Shown here one piece after another: positions 19,020 to 28,202 of a stretch of 64,000 nt of DNA. The position numbers and the translations under genes are program-made. The stretch is from Treponema sp. Its GTDB lineage: Bacteria; Spirochaetota; Spirochaetia; Treponematales; Treponemataceae. A model generated the notes under the pieces. That model had not been told where the DNA came from. It was given only the letters and a program-made list of their open reading frames with translations, and did no database searches. Position 1 is the first letter of the stretch, and each line of letters starts with the position of its first letter. Location of the stretch: positions 3,511 through 67,510 of the forward strand of contig JBQMYW010000004.1 of NCBI GenBank assembly GCA_052173295.1, written 5' to 3'.

Positions 19020-19936
19020 TGCACACCGGATATATTGCAGCACGGGCAAAACAATTACAAATAGCAGCACTTTCTCTTGTTCAAGGTATGCAGGGGGGCT
19101 GTTTCCGCAGCTACTTCCGCGGGCAGGGAATTGAATTTGACTCGTTGCGGGAGTACGAATATGGAGATGATGTCCGCTCACTTGATTGGAATTTAATGGC
19201 ACGCAGCGGGAAATCATTTGTAAAGCTGTACCGCGAAGAGCGGGATTTTCGGATGTTTTTGATAGCAGATACCTCCTATTCAATGGAGGGGCTGTCCGGT
19301 GCTGCTGCCCCCCGCGGAAAAATGCTTGAGATAGCAGCACTCCTGCTGTTTGCAGCAGAAAATGTACACAGTTATACCGGCTTAACACTGTTTAACGGCA
19401 CTGTTTCGCGTGTATACAGTATGCAGCGGGGGCATCATGCAGTTCTTCGGCTATTAGCAGCATTAGAATCAGCAGGCAGCAGCGTGCGTACCGCCGGTAC
19501 TGATCTTGCTGCAGCCCTGACAGCAACTATTCCGCTTCTGCGGCAGCGTACCCTTGTGTTTATTCTTTCAGATTTTAAAACAGAGGGGTACGAAAAAAAG
19601 TTAAGCGTTTTTGCCCGTATGCACGATGTTGCAGCGATACGGCTTGCTTCTTCCTATGATGCCGCACTGCCGGAAGCAGGGGTGCTGCGGTTTCAAGACC
19701 CCGAAACAGGAATAGAGCGGCTGCTGCCTACTGCCTCACATAGGTTTCAAAAACAGCGTATCAAACAGCATGCAGAAGCACTACAACGGTGGAAAGCAGC
19801 GTGTCTACGCTGCGGAGCATTCCCCATTGAAATAGCAGAAGACAGCACCGGTATTCAAGAACTTAACCGCTTTTTTTTAACCGGTAAATCCCGCACCGCA
19901 CAGAACAGCAACATTCCGGCAGGAGGCCGTGCGTGA
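19019..19936 (+). CDS. DUF58 domain protein (MoxR-associated VWA-like)
   Basis: GQGIEFDSLREYEYGDDVRSLDWNLMAR, DTSYSM, ILSDF. Confidence 0.92.
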   Translation: MHTGYIAARAKQLQIAALSLVQGMQGGCFRSYFRGQGIEFDSLREYEYGDDVRSLDWNLMARSGKSFVKLYREERDFRMFLIADTSYSMEGLSGAAAPRGKMLEIAALLLFAAENVHSYTGLTLFNGTVSRVYSMQRGHHAVLRLLAALESAGSSVRTAGTDLAAALTATIPLLRQRTLVFILSDFKTEGYEKKLSVFARMHDVAAIRLASSYDAALPEAGVLRFQDPETGIERLLPTASHRFQKQRIKQHAEALQRWKAACLRCGAFPIEIAEDSTGIQELNRFFLTGKSRTAQNSNIPAGGRA

Positions 19937-21012
19937 ACGGGGTAATGATTCCGCAACGGGTATTTGTCGGTGATACAGCTCAATTTCTCTTTCCGCTGGC
20001 AGAACAAGAATGGCAGATACTGCAAGATCATATTACTGTTGACACACCAATTTCATTTGATCATGAAGTACAAAGTGATACAATTACACTAAAAGACGTG
20101 CGGGTTATCCTGCGTGAAAAGCAGCCGTACTTGCAAATCACATTTGTACCATGGGAGACAGGAACCGTCTATTTTCCCCCGCTCTCTTTTTTAAATCTTC
20201 ACAATAAACTACCGCCCGTGCATATTGAATCTATCCTTGAAGCTACCGGTGCTGCAGTATTGCAAAATCCGAAGCTGCCGCTGCTGATACCCGGTACGGA
20301 TTATCTTTTATACGGCGTTGCTATCGGCACTGCGGCAGTGGGCAGTATACTCGCAGCGGTCAGTGTAACTATTGCAAAAAAACTCCGCCGCTATTTTTTA
20401 TTCGGTACTGCAAAGCGGCGGGTGCGGCTCTTGCGGAAAGACATGAAAAAACTGCAAAAGTATGCAAAAAAACTGCAAAAAACTATGGTGCATACACAGG
20501 ATTTACCGCAAGAGCAGGCAGCCGCTCAACATACTGAAACAATAGCAGCAATTAAAACATGGTACTCACAGTTTGACTATGCACTGCGTTTGTATATTGC
20601 CTCACTGGTTGAAAGCAGCAGGCAGGCAAAGAACAGATACACCGCCCGCACAGGCGGCAGCCCTGAAGAGAAGCTAGCAAACTGCCGCACGGACACTCAC
20701 GCAGCACCTACAGCTGATAGCTGCGATGCAAGCCGTGCTATCCGTATGCAGATACTGAGTGCAACATATCGTGAACTGCTTACTGTGCTGCAGTCATTAT
20801 TTATTGACCAAAGCGGTATTGTACAGTCATTTTCTTTACTCTACCATACGTTGGAAACTGAACGGTTCGGCAGCAGCGGGCAGGAACTGTTTTGCCACTA
20901 TGCCGGCAGTACTGCACTACTGCTCGGCAGTATACCGGAACTTATTAAAACAACAGAGCTTACGCACGCCCGCTTACTATATGCAGCACAAAAAGGAGCA
21001 GCAGATGCTTAG
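19933..21012 (+). CDS. Hypothetical single-pass membrane protein of the Bat-like operon
   Basis: GTG start overlaps the DUF58 stop. ITFVPWETG beta segment and a central TM segment. Occupies the position between DUF58 and batA. Confidence 0.6.
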   Translation: MNGVMIPQRVFVGDTAQFLFPLAEQEWQILQDHITVDTPISFDHEVQSDTITLKDVRVILREKQPYLQITFVPWETGTVYFPPLSFLNLHNKLPPVHIESILEATGAAVLQNPKLPLLIPGTDYLLYGVAIGTAAVGSILAAVSVTIAKKLRRYFLFGTAKRRVRLLRKDMKKLQKYAKKLQKTMVHTQDLPQEQAAAQHTETIAAIKTWYSQFDYALRLYIASLVESSRQAKNRYTARTGGSPEEKLANCRTDTHAAPTADSCDASRAIRMQILSATYRELLTVLQSLFIDQSGIVQSFSLLYHTLETERFGSSGQELFCHYAGSTALLLGSIPELIKTTELTHARLLYAAQKGAADA

Positions 21013-22006
21013 TATACACTATCCGCAGTTTTTTTTACTGCTGCTCCTGCTGCCGCTCTACTTTGCAGTAAAACAATACGGTTTCGGCAAAACACCGGCA
21101 CTGCCGCTGCCGCTTGGAAATTGGAATGGACTTGAGCCTGAAAAACACAGCGGAACATATTTCCTCTATTATGCTTCACAGAGTCTTTTGCTGCTCTCTT
21201 TTGTTTTGTTGATAACCGCTTTAACAGAACCCGTTTATAGTACCCGTGAGCCGGTGTATACAGAAAATGGAAATGCAATTATGTTTGTTATTGATACCAG
21301 TCCTTCTATTGCTGCACAGGATATGGGGAGTCAAACCCGCTTGGAAGCTGCAAAGCAAACAATTTATCGGTTTACCGAACAGTACGGCGGTGATTCTTTC
21401 GGGCTTACCGCATTCGGCAGTACCGCAGCAGTGTTAATTCCTCCAACTATAGATAAAAAAACATTTTTATCCCGCCTTGCTGCTTTGCAGGTCGGGGAAC
21501 TCGGAGAGGGAACAGCGATCGGTATGGGACTTGCGGCAGCAGTTCTTCATCTTACACAATATACTCCCCTACCCTCTGCAATTATTCTCTTAACCGACGG
21601 TGATAATAATACTGGAGAAATTCCTCCGCAACTGGCAGCTGAAATGATAGATCGTAAAAATATCGGATTTTATGTTATCGGTTTAGGGAAGTCAGGCTAT
21701 GCACCTATCCGCTATTTTGATCCAGTCCAGAAAAAAGAAATTTCAGGGACACTACACAGCACTTTTGATGAAACTGAGTTAAAAAAACTTGCACACTCCG
21801 GCAATGGCCGGTATTTTTCCGCCCATTCTCCTGAATTATTACAGGATATTTTTAAACGGCTGGAAGAAAAGATACCGGCAAGTCAACCGGTTTTTACAAA
21901 ACAAAAAATCCGTTATCTTGAAACCCTGTGCTATGCGGCTGCATTATGCACCGCAGCTGCCGCATGGGTTATCCGCAGATTGGGTATGAAGGCGGTGCTG
22001 ATATGA
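21005..22006 (+). CDS. batA: BatA-like VWA domain membrane protein
   Basis: N-terminal two-TM segment, MIDAS DTSPS, GTAIGMGL, LLTDGDNNTG, SGNGRYF. Start reassigned to ATG 21005. Confidence 0.85.
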   Translation: MLSIHYPQFFLLLLLLPLYFAVKQYGFGKTPALPLPLGNWNGLEPEKHSGTYFLYYASQSLLLLSFVLLITALTEPVYSTREPVYTENGNAIMFVIDTSPSIAAQDMGSQTRLEAAKQTIYRFTEQYGGDSFGLTAFGSTAAVLIPPTIDKKTFLSRLAALQVGELGEGTAIGMGLAAAVLHLTQYTPLPSAIILLTDGDNNTGEIPPQLAAEMIDRKNIGFYVIGLGKSGYAPIRYFDPVQKKEISGTLHSTFDETELKKLAHSGNGRYFSAHSPELLQDIFKRLEEKIPASQPVFTKQKIRYLETLCYAAALCTAAAAWVIRRLGMKAVLI

Positions 22007-22962
22007 TACAGTTTGAACAGCCGCTTTTTTTACTCCCTATCACACTGATAGCCCCCTGCCTTGCAGTAACTTTTTTTCACATAAAAAAAATCCGGCGTGC
22101 ATACCCGTATACTCAAACGGCAAAACTAATCGAATATATTATAATCAGATCAGGTCTTTGGGCAATAAGCTGGGTGTTAGTCTGCACCGCCGCCGCAGTG
22201 CCGCTTGCAGGAACCCGCAATACGGCAGTCTTTCAGCAAGGCAGTGCGGTTGTCTTTGCGGTTGATATTTCCCGCAGTATGACAGCTGGGGATATTGCCC
22301 CAAGCCGTCTTGATTTTGTAAAACAGTATATTAATTTCATGCTTGCAAAAATGCCTTCAGCTGCGTGCGGTCTTGTACTTATAAAAGGAACCGGTGTGCT
22401 TGCTCTTCCCATAAGCTTAAATCATCAAAGCCTTACTGCAGCAGTACAAACACTTTCCCCTCTTACCGTAACTGCTCCGGGAACAAATCTTGAACAGGGC
22501 ATACTCACCGCTGCCCACGCCTTTCCTGAACAGTACAGCGGCAGTAAAACGATTGTCCTTTTTACTGATGGCGATGAAACCGGCGGTTCAATGCTGCGGA
22601 CAGTACCGCAGCTGCGTAATGCAGGCATTACACTTATTGCAGTAGGGACAGGAACTGAAGCAGGCAGTACAATACCTGTTTTGAAAGAAGACAATCAAAG
22701 CGGTGTAAGACATTGCACACTGACAGCCCGTTTCTTAAAACAGCTTGTACAGGATATAGGCAATGGGAGCTTCTATACACCTGCTGATAGTCAAGGCTCC
22801 GTATGGAATGTTATACGGGCACTAGAAAATACCGGTACACGGCAAGTTCATACCGCTTCGGTTCCTCAGCGTCAGAGCAGCGTATGCGGTCTTGCTGCAT
22901 TGTTCTTTTTATGTGCAGGGCTTTTTGTAGGAGGTTTATATGGAAAGAAACCATCAGCATAA
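22003..22962 (+). CDS. batB: BatB-like VWA domain membrane protein
   Basis: IQFEQP start, VDISRSMTAGDIAPSRL, GTNLE, FTDGD, GTGTEAGSTIP. ATGA overlap with batA. Confidence 0.82.
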   Translation: MIQFEQPLFLLPITLIAPCLAVTFFHIKKIRRAYPYTQTAKLIEYIIIRSGLWAISWVLVCTAAAVPLAGTRNTAVFQQGSAVVFAVDISRSMTAGDIAPSRLDFVKQYINFMLAKMPSAACGLVLIKGTGVLALPISLNHQSLTAAVQTLSPLTVTAPGTNLEQGILTAAHAFPEQYSGSKTIVLFTDGDETGGSMLRTVPQLRNAGITLIAVGTGTEAGSTIPVLKEDNQSGVRHCTLTARFLKQLVQDIGNGSFYTPADSQGSVWNVIRALENTGTRQVHTASVPQRQSSVCGLAALFFLCAGLFVGGLYGKKPSA

Positions 22963-23632
22963 CCATGCAAGAGTTGTTAAACAACGCCGATATTGTTGGA
23001 AACTCACCGGCACAAAGAAACGATACCTGCTGCATAGGGTTCTTTCCGCAGCGGTCTGTATACTCACAGCCGTATCATGTACAGCAAAAGCCCGCATACA
23101 GCTTACTCATTTGCAAGGGCGGCTGGATTGTATGCGAAATGACTGGGACGCTGCAACGCTGCACTTTTTTACTGCCGAAGCAGCAGCAAAAGATTTACAG
23201 GATTCCTCCTTGCAAACCTATGCAGCCTGTGCACTCGGTTCAGTATATTTACTGCAAAATGAAGAATACGCCGCATTGGAAAAATTTGAAACAGCAATAC
23301 AGAAAGGAACAACAGAAATCAAAACGCACAGTCTCTATCAAAAAGGAATTATTGCATTTAAAAAACAAGATTACAGCAGTGCTGCAGCATTATTCAAGCA
23401 AGCACTCGCATTAGACAGCAACGATATGGACGCAAAAATCAATTATGAATTAAGCAAAAAATTATGTATTCGCGTACAAGAGGCACAAAAAGCACCGCCT
23501 CACCAGAGTACAGAGCAGCAGGACACTGAAAACCCCGAAGATTCAATTATTTTAGATATTATGAAAAAAAGAGAACTAATGAAATGGAAAAAAATGCAGC
23601 ACGATCCCCAACCTGCTATCAACGATTATTAG
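22940..23632 (+). CDS. BatC-like TPR protein
   Basis: TPR-like segments (ALGSVYLLQNE, YQKGIIAFKKQDYSSAAALFKQALALDSNDMDAKINYEL) and a C-terminal ...NDY typical of BatC. Confidence 0.75.
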   Translation: MERNHQHNHARVVKQRRYCWKLTGTKKRYLLHRVLSAAVCILTAVSCTAKARIQLTHLQGRLDCMRNDWDAATLHFFTAEAAAKDLQDSSLQTYAACALGSVYLLQNEEYAALEKFETAIQKGTTEIKTHSLYQKGIIAFKKQDYSSAAALFKQALALDSNDMDAKINYELSKKLCIRVQEAQKAPPHQSTEQQDTENPEDSIILDIMKKRELMKWKKMQHDPQPAINDY

Positions 23633-25101
23633 CAGTCCTATTCTTTTTCGTATTCTTTGGAATGCTGCCGGCCGGCGGGTATTGCGGACAACCCAAGGAC
23701 ATTCACCTATCGGCGGATGCCGCAGCCGTACAATGCGGGCAAACACTTACTATTACACTTACCATACCCCAAGGGAAAAAATATGGTACACCGCAGCTCC
23801 AATTAGAAGAACTCACCCATGTTGCCCAGTTGGAAAAAAGCACTGCCCGTATCACCGGTAAGGATATCCGCCTTGAATGCATATATCGAATGCAGAAAGC
23901 GGGTATATATACCGTGCATCCGGTAGTTCACTGGAAAAAACGGACGCTTGCTCTTGATCCATTTACCGTTAAAGTTAGCCAGCCGCCGCTTTCCGCAGCA
24001 ACCCGCTTTGAATGGTTTATCATTCCATATTATGAAGAAAACCTACAAAGTTTGCCGCCTGCAATACAGCCGGACATGCTGCAACAAAACAGCACGCCTA
24101 TTATACAGGGAAACCGCTATCTTCTTTATATGACTGCGGTATTCTCTCTCCCTCAAACAGAAGAATCAGTAAAAAATGGTATTTTTTTACATAATCCTCC
24201 GCCGATTACAAAGATTGAATGCGGAACTCCCGAAAATGCACTGCTTTCCCGTCTTGATTTTTCCGGCACTGATGTTTTTATCCCAATTCCCGTGTTTGAA
24301 GCGGAACGGTTTGTGCTGGCAGTGTTTGAGTGGATTCCTTTACACACGGGAAAGCAGCCGCTTCCAATAGGAAAAATATATTTTTCCGCTGAAAACACCG
24401 ACGGTACCGGACAAAGGGACTCCAATGCAGCCCCGCAGTCAGTACCGCACGCTCAAACAGTACCAGCATTTTGCTCGGTACAAGGCAGGCTGCAGCACCT
24501 GCCGTCAGAGGGCATTCCTCTAGCGAATATTCCTCCTGTTCATGCAGCGTTTATTGATAGTGCCCCCCCTGCATCCAATCCAACGGGTACGGCAGTGCGA
24601 ACCGCAGATACAGTGTCTGCGGTTAAGGCACTTGCAGCCTGCCGCAAAAAAGAACTCCGCAGTATCTACCCCTTTGCACTGTATGCAGAACGGCGGAAAT
24701 TAGAATCAGCATTGCAGATTACCGCTGTACTGCCGATTTATCCGCGTGGTCTATGGGTTGTATGTGCCGCTGCAGCAGCAGCCGGTACTGCCTGCGGTAT
24801 TATGCAGCTATTCCGTAAAAAATGGCTTACAGCACTGGTATTTTGTACCCTAGGTATTTGCTGCACTACCGCTGCTGCGATATTTTATGTCAACAATACC
24901 GCTTTACAAGGCGTATGCCTTACAACAGGGCAGGAAGTACCAATTCGGCGTATTCCTGAAACCGCCGGCAGTAATTTCTCTACAGTACGTGCAGGAGAAA
25001 GTGTCCGCATTTTACAAAATACTGCACACTGGTACTATATCAAAACAGCAGCAGGACATACCGGTTGGATTCCGCAAGAAAATATTATCATATACAATTG
25101 A
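23584..25101 (+). CDS. BatD/BatE-like protein with C-terminal SH3b domain
   Basis: Ig-like N-terminal region, two TM segments, then IRRIPE...GESVRILQNTAHWYYIKTAAGHTGWIP (SH3b). Confidence 0.7.
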   Translation: MEKNAARSPTCYQRLLAVLFFFVFFGMLPAGGYCGQPKDIHLSADAAAVQCGQTLTITLTIPQGKKYGTPQLQLEELTHVAQLEKSTARITGKDIRLECIYRMQKAGIYTVHPVVHWKKRTLALDPFTVKVSQPPLSAATRFEWFIIPYYEENLQSLPPAIQPDMLQQNSTPIIQGNRYLLYMTAVFSLPQTEESVKNGIFLHNPPPITKIECGTPENALLSRLDFSGTDVFIPIPVFEAERFVLAVFEWIPLHTGKQPLPIGKIYFSAENTDGTGQRDSNAAPQSVPHAQTVPAFCSVQGRLQHLPSEGIPLANIPPVHAAFIDSAPPASNPTGTAVRTADTVSAVKALAACRKKELRSIYPFALYAERRKLESALQITAVLPIYPRGLWVVCAAAAAAGTACGIMQLFRKKWLTALVFCTLGICCTTAAAIFYVNNTALQGVCLTTGQEVPIRRIPETAGSNFSTVRAGESVRILQNTAHWYYIKTAAGHTGWIPQENIIIYN

Positions 25102-25133
25102 GAAATATGTGTATTCGAGGTATAGTTATCGCT

Positions 25134-26159
25134 ATGAAAAAAATGTATAGACAGCTATGTAGTGCAGTATGGTTTTTTATTACCGGATTTTGCTTTGCAT
25201 ACCCGCTGCTGCAAAACCACAGCGGAACCGCCCATATACAGAAAAAAAAACTGGAAATTACCGCCGGTTTTTCTTGTGATGTTACAGCAGCCTCTGCATG
25301 GGAATATGTGCTGCAAGAAGGAAGGATCCTCAGCGAATTACAGTGGGATTTGCTGCCTTCTGCGGCATATTCAGGTCATTTTACCCTCAAAACTCCGCAT
25401 GGCATACATATTCAAGGAAGAGGCTCCTATTTACAACCAATGAAAACTGCTCCTATGACAGATAAGGATTTTGAAAAATCTTTTTCATCAGACATAACAA
25501 AATTTTCTGAACACCCATGTACCATAACCGGCGGCTGGCGGTTTGCAGGAAAAATAGGCATCCAAAAAGAAATACCGCTGCCTCAAAAGGTTCCAGCCGG
25601 TATCTCTTTATTTATTGAACCGCAATTCAGCATACGCTATTCTAAAATCAGCTGGTTTGCAAAAGACGGCTATTTACAGTATGCACTGAACAATAGTGAT
25701 GGAACCTTTCAACCGTGGCATCCTCATTTACCAAAAAAATATATCAAAGGAGATGCCATTTCTTATACACAAGAATTGTTGATTCCCGCATTCGGCATAG
25801 GACTTACCGCCCATTTCCCCTATCATCTGCAAGTGTATACCGACATTCATATTTCATCAGATATTATGGGAATAGCGGAAGATACTCACTTTATGCGGAA
25901 TCAGCGGTTTGTTGATTATACCCGCAACGGTACCGGCATTTATTGGGACACCCGTATTCTTTGGTCTTTTTTCCGCAACACAGCATTGATTGCCGGTTGT
26001 CATTATGAGTACAGCAAGAGTATGAACGGCAGAACACTGGGATATGACGGACTCGATAGCACTACTCCCGCTCATGTTACTGAAATGGGGACTTCTGGGG
26101 TAGGAGTAAACGGCTGTTCATTTTTACTTGGTATTATGCTTGTATTCGGAGTGTATTAA
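25134..26159 (+). CDS. Omptin-family outer membrane protease-like protein
   Basis: Signal peptide, LSELQWD (cf. OmpT VSQLDW), MTDKDF (Asp-x-Asp pair), EDTHFMR (Asp-x-His pair), amphipathic beta strands. Confidence 0.75.
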   Translation: MKKMYRQLCSAVWFFITGFCFAYPLLQNHSGTAHIQKKKLEITAGFSCDVTAASAWEYVLQEGRILSELQWDLLPSAAYSGHFTLKTPHGIHIQGRGSYLQPMKTAPMTDKDFEKSFSSDITKFSEHPCTITGGWRFAGKIGIQKEIPLPQKVPAGISLFIEPQFSIRYSKISWFAKDGYLQYALNNSDGTFQPWHPHLPKKYIKGDAISYTQELLIPAFGIGLTAHFPYHLQVYTDIHISSDIMGIAEDTHFMRNQRFVDYTRNGTGIYWDTRILWSFFRNTALIAGCHYEYSKSMNGRTLGYDGLDSTTPAHVTEMGTSGVGVNGCSFLLGIMLVFGVY

Positions 26160-27599
26160 ATGCAACTAGGACAGCAATTTACACAACGGCTTGAACAAAA
26201 AATGGGGCAAGCGCAAATTCAATCACTTGATGTACTTGCCCTGCCTGTAGAAGCATTATACGAAAAAATTGCTGCAGAAATTGAACGGAACCCTGCCTTG
26301 GAGCAGATAACGCCGCCGCTTGAGCTGAAGATGCCGCCGTTTGATCCGAACACGCTGCCGGCAGCCCAGCCGATGCAGCACCGTACCAGTTTTAACCGGA
26401 AAAACAATAGCACCGCGGCAAAACCGCTAAAAACCATGGCGGACAGCGATGCATTTCAATCATTTCTAGAAAATATCCCGCAGCCGGAGCAACAGTCACT
26501 GCAAGCTCATTTACTGGAGCAGCTGCGTTTCCAGCAGATTGATCCAAAAACTGCCGAATATGCAGCACTGATTATTCAAAACTTAGATTCAGACGGGTTT
26601 CATAGCATTCCTCTTGAAGAATTTTTTAAAGAAAAACCATACGATGAGCAGCGGCAGTGTATTCCGCGTGCCTTGCGTATTATCCGCTCACTTGATCCGC
26701 AAGGCTGTGCAGTACGGGATTTTCGGCAAGCATTACTGATTCAGGCTGTTTTACGCTTTAGCCGTAAAGCAGCCCATGAACCAGTCTACGCCTATACCCT
26801 TGATATTCTTAAAAATCATTTTTCTTTTTTAGAAAAAGTCCGTCCTTATTCGCTGGTTCATGCAGTAAATTCCGATGCATCCATTCCCTATAAAATCAAT
26901 CAAGAAACGGCAGCGGCAATTATCAATCTTGTCCGAACACTGGAACCATTTCCCGGCAGGGCATACCGCGATGAAACTGCCGCTCAAGTTATTATTCCCG
27001 CTGCCTTTGTCCGGCAGCAGGGTACGGAGTTTTCAATTCAAATCAATGACTTTGAAGTACCATTACTCACGATTTCTACAGAATTTCTTAATCTTGCAAA
27101 AAATTATAGCGATGAAGCGGCAGTCTTTGCAAAAGACTATGTGCAACAGGCAAAAGTCTTTATCGGCAGCTTAAATCAGCGTGAAAAAACAATTTTTGCT
27201 GTTGTGCAGGCACTTGTTTCCGTGCAGGAACGATTTTTTTTAACCGGCGATCAGGCAACTCTTGTGCCGCTAACACAGGAACAGCTTGCAGATAGGATAG
27301 GCATTCATGAATCGACAGTATCGAGAACTGTACACGAAAAATATATCCAATGCCGTTGGGGTGTTTTTCCGCTTAAATATTTCTTTTCTCATGCAGTTCC
27401 TGTGCAAGCTGCCGAATCTAACTGCACAAAAGAAGCGGTTAAGACATTAATTAGCCGCATTATTGAGGAAAGCAGCACAAAACTATCAGACATGAAAATA
27501 TCTCAGCTGCTGCAAGACCTGCATGGTATTACTGTTGCACGGCGGACTATCGGCAAATACCGGAAAGAGCTGGCAATCGGTGCATCATATAACCGGTAG
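26160..27599 (+). CDS. rpoN: RNA polymerase sigma-54 factor
   Basis: Gln-rich region I, EIERNPALE, IGIHESTVSR HTH, RpoN box ARRTIGKYRKEL. Confidence 0.96.
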   Translation: MQLGQQFTQRLEQKMGQAQIQSLDVLALPVEALYEKIAAEIERNPALEQITPPLELKMPPFDPNTLPAAQPMQHRTSFNRKNNSTAAKPLKTMADSDAFQSFLENIPQPEQQSLQAHLLEQLRFQQIDPKTAEYAALIIQNLDSDGFHSIPLEEFFKEKPYDEQRQCIPRALRIIRSLDPQGCAVRDFRQALLIQAVLRFSRKAAHEPVYAYTLDILKNHFSFLEKVRPYSLVHAVNSDASIPYKINQETAAAIINLVRTLEPFPGRAYRDETAAQVIIPAAFVRQQGTEFSIQINDFEVPLLTISTEFLNLAKNYSDEAAVFAKDYVQQAKVFIGSLNQREKTIFAVVQALVSVQERFFLTGDQATLVPLTQEQLADRIGIHESTVSRTVHEKYIQCRWGVFPLKYFFSHAVPVQAAESNCTKEAVKTLISRIIEESSTKLSDMKISQLLQDLHGITVARRTIGKYRKELAIGASYNR

Positions 27600-27605
27600 G
27601 TACAC

Positions 27606-28202
27606 TCACCGGCTGCTGCAATTCCGGTTTTTCAGGTACGATATAAGATAATCGAAAAAAGATACAAGTGAAAGCACTACCGCTGCACCGTACAAGACCG
27701 TATTTGCCGTCCGCAAGTATCCAATGAGCTGCCCATCAGCAATAAAAAAAAGGCGGAGCATTTCAATACACAAGGAAAAAGCTTCTGCAGCAATGTAGCA
27801 TACGGTTTTTGCTTTACCGCCTTTTTTTGCACCAATGGTAATACCTTCGCCGCGGGCAATCATGCGTAAAAAGAGAATACCCATTTCTCGGTATAAAATA
27901 ATCAAAAAAAACAAAAGCGGTACATATCCTGTCAGCATAAAAGCAAGCAGTATGGTAATATTGGCAACGACATCAGCAAAGGGATCGAAAAGTTTTCCAA
28001 AGTCGCTCACTTGTTTGTACTTACGTGCAAAAAAACCATCAAGAAAATCTGTAAATTCCAAATAGATAAAAAGAGGGATAATAATTGCTGTAGTAATTTT
28101 TGCATCTATACCGGTATATGAGGGAAGAAAATAGATACCGACAAACAGCGGTGCAGCGAGGATTCGAGTTAAGGTAAAAAAGTTTGCAAGATTCACAATC
28201 AC
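27606..28202 (-). CDS. pgsA: CDP-diacylglycerol--glycerol-3-phosphate 3-phosphatidyltransferase
   Basis: NFFTLTR and TDFLDGFFARKYKQVSDFGKLFDPFAD (CDP-alcohol phosphatidyltransferase motif). Confidence 0.92.
   Translation of the reverse strand: MIVNLANFFTLTRILAAPLFVGIYFLPSYTGIDAKITTAIIIPLFIYLEFTDFLDGFFARKYKQVSDFGKLFDPFADVVANITILLAFMLTGYVPLLFFLIILYREMGILFLRMIARGEGITIGAKKGGKAKTVCYIAAEAFSLCIEMLRLFFIADGQLIGYLRTANTVLYGAAVVLSLVSFFDYLISYLKNRNCSSR

Noticed and set aside
20759..21004. N-terminal extension of batA in the ORF track
   Set aside because: Overlaps the upstream gene by about 250 nt; ATG 21005 has an AAGGAG SD and the typical BatA N-terminus.
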